A program made the translations under genes and the position numbers. From Gammaproteobacteria bacterium (GTDB lineage: Bacteria; Pseudomonadota; Gammaproteobacteria; Eutrophobiales; Eutrophobiaceae), in contig OZ220696.1 in assembly GCA_965116495.1 (NCBI GenBank), positions 2,784,001 to 2,848,000 of the forward strand: a DNA stretch of 64,000 nucleotides, in the 5' to 3' direction. The first letter of the stretch is position 1. The number at the start of each line of letters is the position of its first letter. Under the pieces are notes generated by a model that saw only the letters and a list, made by a program, of their open reading frames with translations, did not search any database and had not been told where the DNA came from. Shown here in pieces: positions 59,635 through 64,000 of this stretch.

Positions 59635-61659
59635 ATGGTTTCTCTTACCCGGGCGGTTTTTCCAATGCTTCGCTGCCTGTGCCTGTGCTCGCTCCTGGCG
59701 GCCGTCTCCGCCGCAGGCCGCGCGCAGGACATCAATTTTGATTTCGAGGAGGCCGAGTTGCGCGCCGTGATCCAGGCCGTGGCGGAGTTTACCGGCCGCA
59801 ATTTCCTGGTGGACCCGGCCGTCAAGGGCACGGTGACCGTGGTGGCGCCGCAAACGTTGACGGAGGAAGAGGCCTACCGGGTATTCCAGTCCGTGCTGGA
59901 GGTGAACGGCTACGTTACCGTGGAAGCGGACGGCGTCACCAAGATTGTGCCGCAGGATAAAGGCAAGCTGGGCGGGGCATTCCCGTCCGGCCGGGAGGCC
60001 GGCGGGGATGATATCGTGACCCGGGTCATCCGCCTCGAGCACGTCCGGGCGGAGCGCCTGGTGCCGCTGCTGCGCCCGCTGATCCCGGGCTACGGCCACC
60101 TCGCCGGCGACGCCGAATCCGGCTCCCTCATCCTGACCGACCGGGCCGCCAACGTGGCGCGGCTGCTGAACATCATCGAACGGCTGGACCGTCCGGCCAG
60201 CGCCGGCGAGGTGGAACTGGTGAACCTGACCCACGCTTCGGCGGAGGAAATGGCGCAGCTGTTCAGCCGCCTGCACCGGAATAACGGGGGGCCGGACGCT
60301 CCCGGCGACGGGTTGGTCGTGATTGCCGACCCGCGCACCAACAGCATGGTCATCAAGGCGGACACCGATACCCGCAAGGAGATCAAGGACCTGGCGCTGG
60401 CCCTGGATACGCCGTCGTCCGGGCGCGGCAACACGCATGTTATTTACCTGAAGAACGCCAGCGCGGAAAACCTGGTGGAGGTGCTGGAGAGCTCCGTGAC
60501 CAACGCGCCGGACGCTGAGGGCGGCAGCCTGTCAAAAGAGATTTCCATCAAGGCCGACCCGGAAACCAACACCCTGGTGGTCACCGCGACGCAGTCGGAT
60601 TTCGCCATCCTGGAGCAGGTCATCAGGAAGCTGGACGTGCGCCGCCTGCAAGTATACGTGGAAGCGCTGATCGCGGAAGTTGACGCCCAGACCACGCAGG
60701 AAATCGGTGTGCAGTTCGGCATCGGTGACGGCGTGCGTGCGGACCGGCGCGGGGTCGTCGGCGCGACGAACCTCGGAACAAACGCCGGTACCAACCTGGC
60801 ACAGGTTCTGGCAAACCCGCTTGCCGCCGGCGCCGGCCTGTCTTTCGGCTATGTCGATGGCATTATCACCCTGCCGGACGGCACGGAAGTATACAATCTC
60901 AATGCCCTGGCCAAGGCGCTGGAAGGCCAGAGCGACGCCAACGTGCTGTCCACGCCGAACATCCTGACCATGGATAACGAAGAAGCCGAAATAGTCGTCG
61001 GCCAGAACGTGCCGTTCATCACCGGCTCTTTTTCCCAAATAAGCCAGGGAACGGCCGTGGAGAACCCGTTCCAGACCATCCAGCGCCGGGACGTGGGCCT
61101 GACCCTGCGCATCAAGCCACAGATTACGGAGGGCAGCGCCATCAAAATGGAAATCTTCCAGGAGGTCTCCAATGTGGCGCTGCGGGGGGAAGCCAGAGAT
61201 ATCGTTACCAACACCCGTTCCCTGTCCACCACCATCGTCGCTGAGAACAACCAGATGGTGGTGCTGGGCGGGTTGATACAGGACGACGTGTCTAATAATG
61301 TGCAGAAAGTGCCGTTGCTCGGGGACGTCCCTATCCTCGGGCAACTGTTCCGCTACAAAAACCGCACGCGCAAGAAGACCAACCTGCTGGTTTTCCTGCG
61401 TCCGCAGGTAATAAGAGGGCCAAAGGATATGGACGAACCCACCCGCGACAAATACGAATACCTGGGCCGGTTGACCGACCAGGAGGCGCTCAAGGACAAT
61501 GAAGAAGCACAGTCCATGCTGGAGGAATGGGAGTTGATCACGGGGGATACTGTTGTTGACGATGCGGGCGCGGCAGAACAACAACCGGGCGCGCACGCGG
61601 AACAAACCCGGCCCGGGCAGTCACAGACGGAAGCCCCGGCCGACGAACAGGAAATATGA
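59635..61659 (+). CDS. gspD: type II secretion secretin
   Basis: NFLVDPAVKGTV, ADPRTNS, QVYVEALIAEV, LSTPNILTMDNEEA and KVPLLGDVP. Confidence 0.95.
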   Translation: MVSLTRAVFPMLRCLCLCSLLAAVSAAGRAQDINFDFEEAELRAVIQAVAEFTGRNFLVDPAVKGTVTVVAPQTLTEEEAYRVFQSVLEVNGYVTVEADGVTKIVPQDKGKLGGAFPSGREAGGDDIVTRVIRLEHVRAERLVPLLRPLIPGYGHLAGDAESGSLILTDRAANVARLLNIIERLDRPASAGEVELVNLTHASAEEMAQLFSRLHRNNGGPDAPGDGLVVIADPRTNSMVIKADTDTRKEIKDLALALDTPSSGRGNTHVIYLKNASAENLVEVLESSVTNAPDAEGGSLSKEISIKADPETNTLVVTATQSDFAILEQVIRKLDVRRLQVYVEALIAEVDAQTTQEIGVQFGIGDGVRADRRGVVGATNLGTNAGTNLAQVLANPLAAGAGLSFGYVDGIITLPDGTEVYNLNALAKALEGQSDANVLSTPNILTMDNEEAEIVVGQNVPFITGSFSQISQGTAVENPFQTIQRRDVGLTLRIKPQITEGSAIKMEIFQEVSNVALRGEARDIVTNTRSLSTTIVAENNQMVVLGGLIQDDVSNNVQKVPLLGDVPILGQLFRYKNRTRKKTNLLVFLRPQVIRGPKDMDEPTRDKYEYLGRLTDQEALKDNEEAQSMLEEWELITGDTVVDDAGAAEQQPGAHAEQTRPGQSQTEAPADEQEI

Positions 61660-63209
61660 ACCGCCCCGCCGGCAGCGAACGCGCGCAGCAGTTGGGCTGG
61701 CCCCACGAAACCAGGCCCGATATCGGCAGGCTGGACCCGGACCTGGCCGGACGTTTCGGATTCGGCCAGGTGCGCCGGGTCGGGGCATTGCCGGCGTACC
61801 GGAGCGACGATACCACTATCGTCTGGGTGCGCCCGGACCTGGACTGGAGCGCCTTGCTGGAGACACAGGCAGAGTTTGAGTGTGGGTTCAAGCCGGTCAT
61901 GATCCCGGAAGACGTGTTCAACCTGGCCATGCAGCGCGCGTTCGAGCGCACCGGCGCCGCTGCGGACGCCGTGCAGGACCTGGACCAGGTCATAGACCTG
62001 GAGTCCCTGTCAAAGGACCTGCCGCAGACCTCCGACCTGCTCGACAGCCAGGACGATGCGCCAATCATACGCCTGCTGAACTCGGTGCTGACCCAGGCCG
62101 TTGAAGAGGGCGCTTCCGATATTCACATCGAACCTTTTGAGGCCCGCCTGGTGGTGCGTTTCCGCGTGGACGGGCTGTTGCGGGACGTGGTGGAGCCGCC
62201 GGTGGTTCTGTCCGGCCGGATCGTCGCCCGGGTCAAGGTGATGGCGCGTCTCAATACCGCCGAGAAGCGCGTGCCCCAGGACGGCAGGATCAGCCTGCGC
62301 ATCGGCGGCCGGCTGGTCGACGTAAGGGTGTCAACCCTGCCCACCCATTACGGCGAGCGCGTGGTCATGCGCATCCTGGAAAAGGAACAGGGGCTGCTCA
62401 CCCTGGAACAGCTTGGCATGCCGGGGGAAGTGCGTTCCCGGTTCAGCGAACTGATCCGCTCCCCCCATGGGGTTTTCCTGGTGACCGGTCCCACGGGATC
62501 GGGCAAAACCACGACCCTGTATGCGGCGTTGCAGCAGATTCACAGCCCGGACCTCAATATCATCACGGTGGAAGACCCGGTTGAATATGACCTTGAAGGG
62601 GTCGGACAGATCCCGGTAAACGTCAAGACCGGCATGACGTTCGAGAAGGGGTTGCGCGCGATTCTCCGGCAGGACCCGGACGTGATCATGGTGGGAGAGA
62701 TCCGCGACATCGAGACGGCGCAGGTCGCAGTGCAGGCCAGCCTGACCGGCCACAGGGTGTTCTCGACCCTGCATACCAACGATGCCGCGGGCAGCATCAC
62801 CCGCCTGGTGGACATGGGCATCGAACCCTACCTGGTGGCTTCGAGCCTGTTGGGCGCCTTGGCGCAACGCCTGGTCAGAAAATTATGCGCCGGGTGCCGT
62901 ATCCGCCGGCCGGCCGACGCCGCCGAACGGCAACTGCTCGGAATACCCGGAGACGCAGACGTCTTCCTCTACCACCCGGGCGGCTGCGCCGCCTGCCTGT
63001 TCTCGGGTTACCAGGGCAGAACCGGGATGTATGAACTGCTGGTGGTCGATGACGCGTTGCGAGCCATGATCCACGACAACCGGGGGGAACACGACTTGCG
63101 CGAGGCGGCGATCCGGCACGGGATGCGCGCGTTGCGCGCAGACGGGGTAGCCAAGGTCCTGGCCGGCAAAACCAGCCTGGAAGAAGTCGTCCGGGTATCC
63201 CATCATTAA
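61656..63209 (+). CDS. gspE: type II secretion ATPase
   Basis: ASDIHIEP, GPTGSGKTTTLY, LRQDPDVIMVGEIRD, STLHTN and a tetracysteine motif. Confidence 0.96.
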   Translation: MNRPAGSERAQQLGWPHETRPDIGRLDPDLAGRFGFGQVRRVGALPAYRSDDTTIVWVRPDLDWSALLETQAEFECGFKPVMIPEDVFNLAMQRAFERTGAAADAVQDLDQVIDLESLSKDLPQTSDLLDSQDDAPIIRLLNSVLTQAVEEGASDIHIEPFEARLVVRFRVDGLLRDVVEPPVVLSGRIVARVKVMARLNTAEKRVPQDGRISLRIGGRLVDVRVSTLPTHYGERVVMRILEKEQGLLTLEQLGMPGEVRSRFSELIRSPHGVFLVTGPTGSGKTTTLYAALQQIHSPDLNIITVEDPVEYDLEGVGQIPVNVKTGMTFEKGLRAILRQDPDVIMVGEIRDIETAQVAVQASLTGHRVFSTLHTNDAAGSITRLVDMGIEPYLVASSLLGALAQRLVRKLCAGCRIRRPADAAERQLLGIPGDADVFLYHPGGCAACLFSGYQGRTGMYELLVVDDALRAMIHDNRGEHDLREAAIRHGMRALRADGVAKVLAGKTSLEEVVRVSHH

Positions 63210-63234
63210 CCTTCCCGGTTGAAAGAGTACTAGA

Positions 63235-64000
63235 ATGGCCGCCTTCGAATACATTGCCCTTGATGAAGCCGGTCGCACCCGTCAAGGTGTGCTGACCGGT
63301 GATTCCGCGCGCCAGGTCCGGTCCCGCCTGCGTACCTTGGGGCTGTACCCGGTGGAAGTGCATGGGGTCCGGGAACAGGCTGTAACGCCGGCCGGCCTGA
63401 ACCGGGCCCGGCGCATTTCCGCCGCCGCCCTGGCGCTGTTGACCCGCCAGCTTGCCACCCTGTTACGCGCCGGCATGCCCTTGGACGAAGCGTTACGCGC
63501 CTTGGGCGCGCAGACGGCCGCGCGGCGGCTGCAGGCCGTCCTTGCCGACGTGCGCGCGCGCATTACGGAAGGCGCTTCCCTGGACGAGGCAATGTCCGTG
63601 TACCCGGGCGTGTTCCCGGAGTTCTACCGCAGCATGGTCGCGGCCGGCGAGGCCGGGGGTGGTCTGGAAGAGGCGCTGGAACGCCTGGCGGACTACACCG
63701 AAACCCGTCGCGCGCTGCGCCAGTCACTCAGCACGGCGTTGATTTACCCGGCGATCCTGACCCTGGTCTCACTGCTGGTAGTGGCCGTGCTCCTGATCTA
63801 CGTCGTGCCGGAAGTCGTAAGGGTTTTCCAGCAGACCGGCCAGTCTCTCCCCTGGTTGACTACCGCCCTGATCGCCAGCAGCCAGGCACTGCGTGAATTC
63901 GGCTGGCTGCTTTGCCTCGGGGCTGCGCTGGCCCTGTTGCTGGGGCGTTTCCTGCTGGGCCGGACGGTTATCCGGGCCCGCGTTGACCGCATGCTGCTCG
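63235..64000 (+). CDS. gspF: type II secretion inner-membrane protein F (3' end outside window)
   Basis: MAAFEYIALD..G..TGDSARQVR, TRQLATLLRAG, MVAAGE and LIYP. Confidence 0.93.
   Translation, partial: MAAFEYIALDEAGRTRQGVLTGDSARQVRSRLRTLGLYPVEVHGVREQAVTPAGLNRARRISAAALALLTRQLATLLRAGMPLDEALRALGAQTAARRLQAVLADVRARITEGASLDEAMSVYPGVFPEFYRSMVAAGEAGGGLEEALERLADYTETRRALRQSLSTALIYPAILTLVSLLVVAVLLIYVVPEVVRVFQQTGQSLPWLTTALIASSQALREFGWLLCLGAALALLLGRFLLGRTVIRARVDRMLL

Overview
Chromosomal window of a gammaproteobacterium, judged from its gene set and order. The left half (1-34.8 kb) is mostly housekeeping: pgk-pyk-class I fba, purC, glnS, a single-ORF ubiH+ubiI-like fusion, pepP, zapA with 6S RNA, ilvA, rpiA, dtd, hemF, hisB/hisH, purH/purD, fis, accBC, aroQ, dsbD, cutA and fxsA. 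Accessory genes there include a secreted SNase-HhH nuclease, a sulfurtransferase with one in-frame TAG, and a CHAD-domain gene coupled to an orphan ParA gene next to an HU-like gene. The right half (34.9-64 kb) is a contiguous phosphate-starvation/polyphosphate region: OprO/P porin, sixA, ppx, ppk1, phoU-pstBACS-phoRB, two small secreted proteins, an acidic lipoprotein with a TonB-dependent receptor, and a type II secretion cluster (an inverted gspN, a vapBC-type toxin-antitoxin insert, then gspCDEF). Pho-box-like 11-bp direct repeats precede seven transcription units, four of them with a -10-like hexamer exactly 10 bp downstream. At least three families of small palindromic repeats are scattered through the window. 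Some are nested inside each other, and two lie within coding sequence (the purC C-terminus and the ubiH-ubiI linker). I saw no CRISPR array, tRNA, rRNA or intact transposase. All assignments come from recognising motifs by eye; no database search was run.
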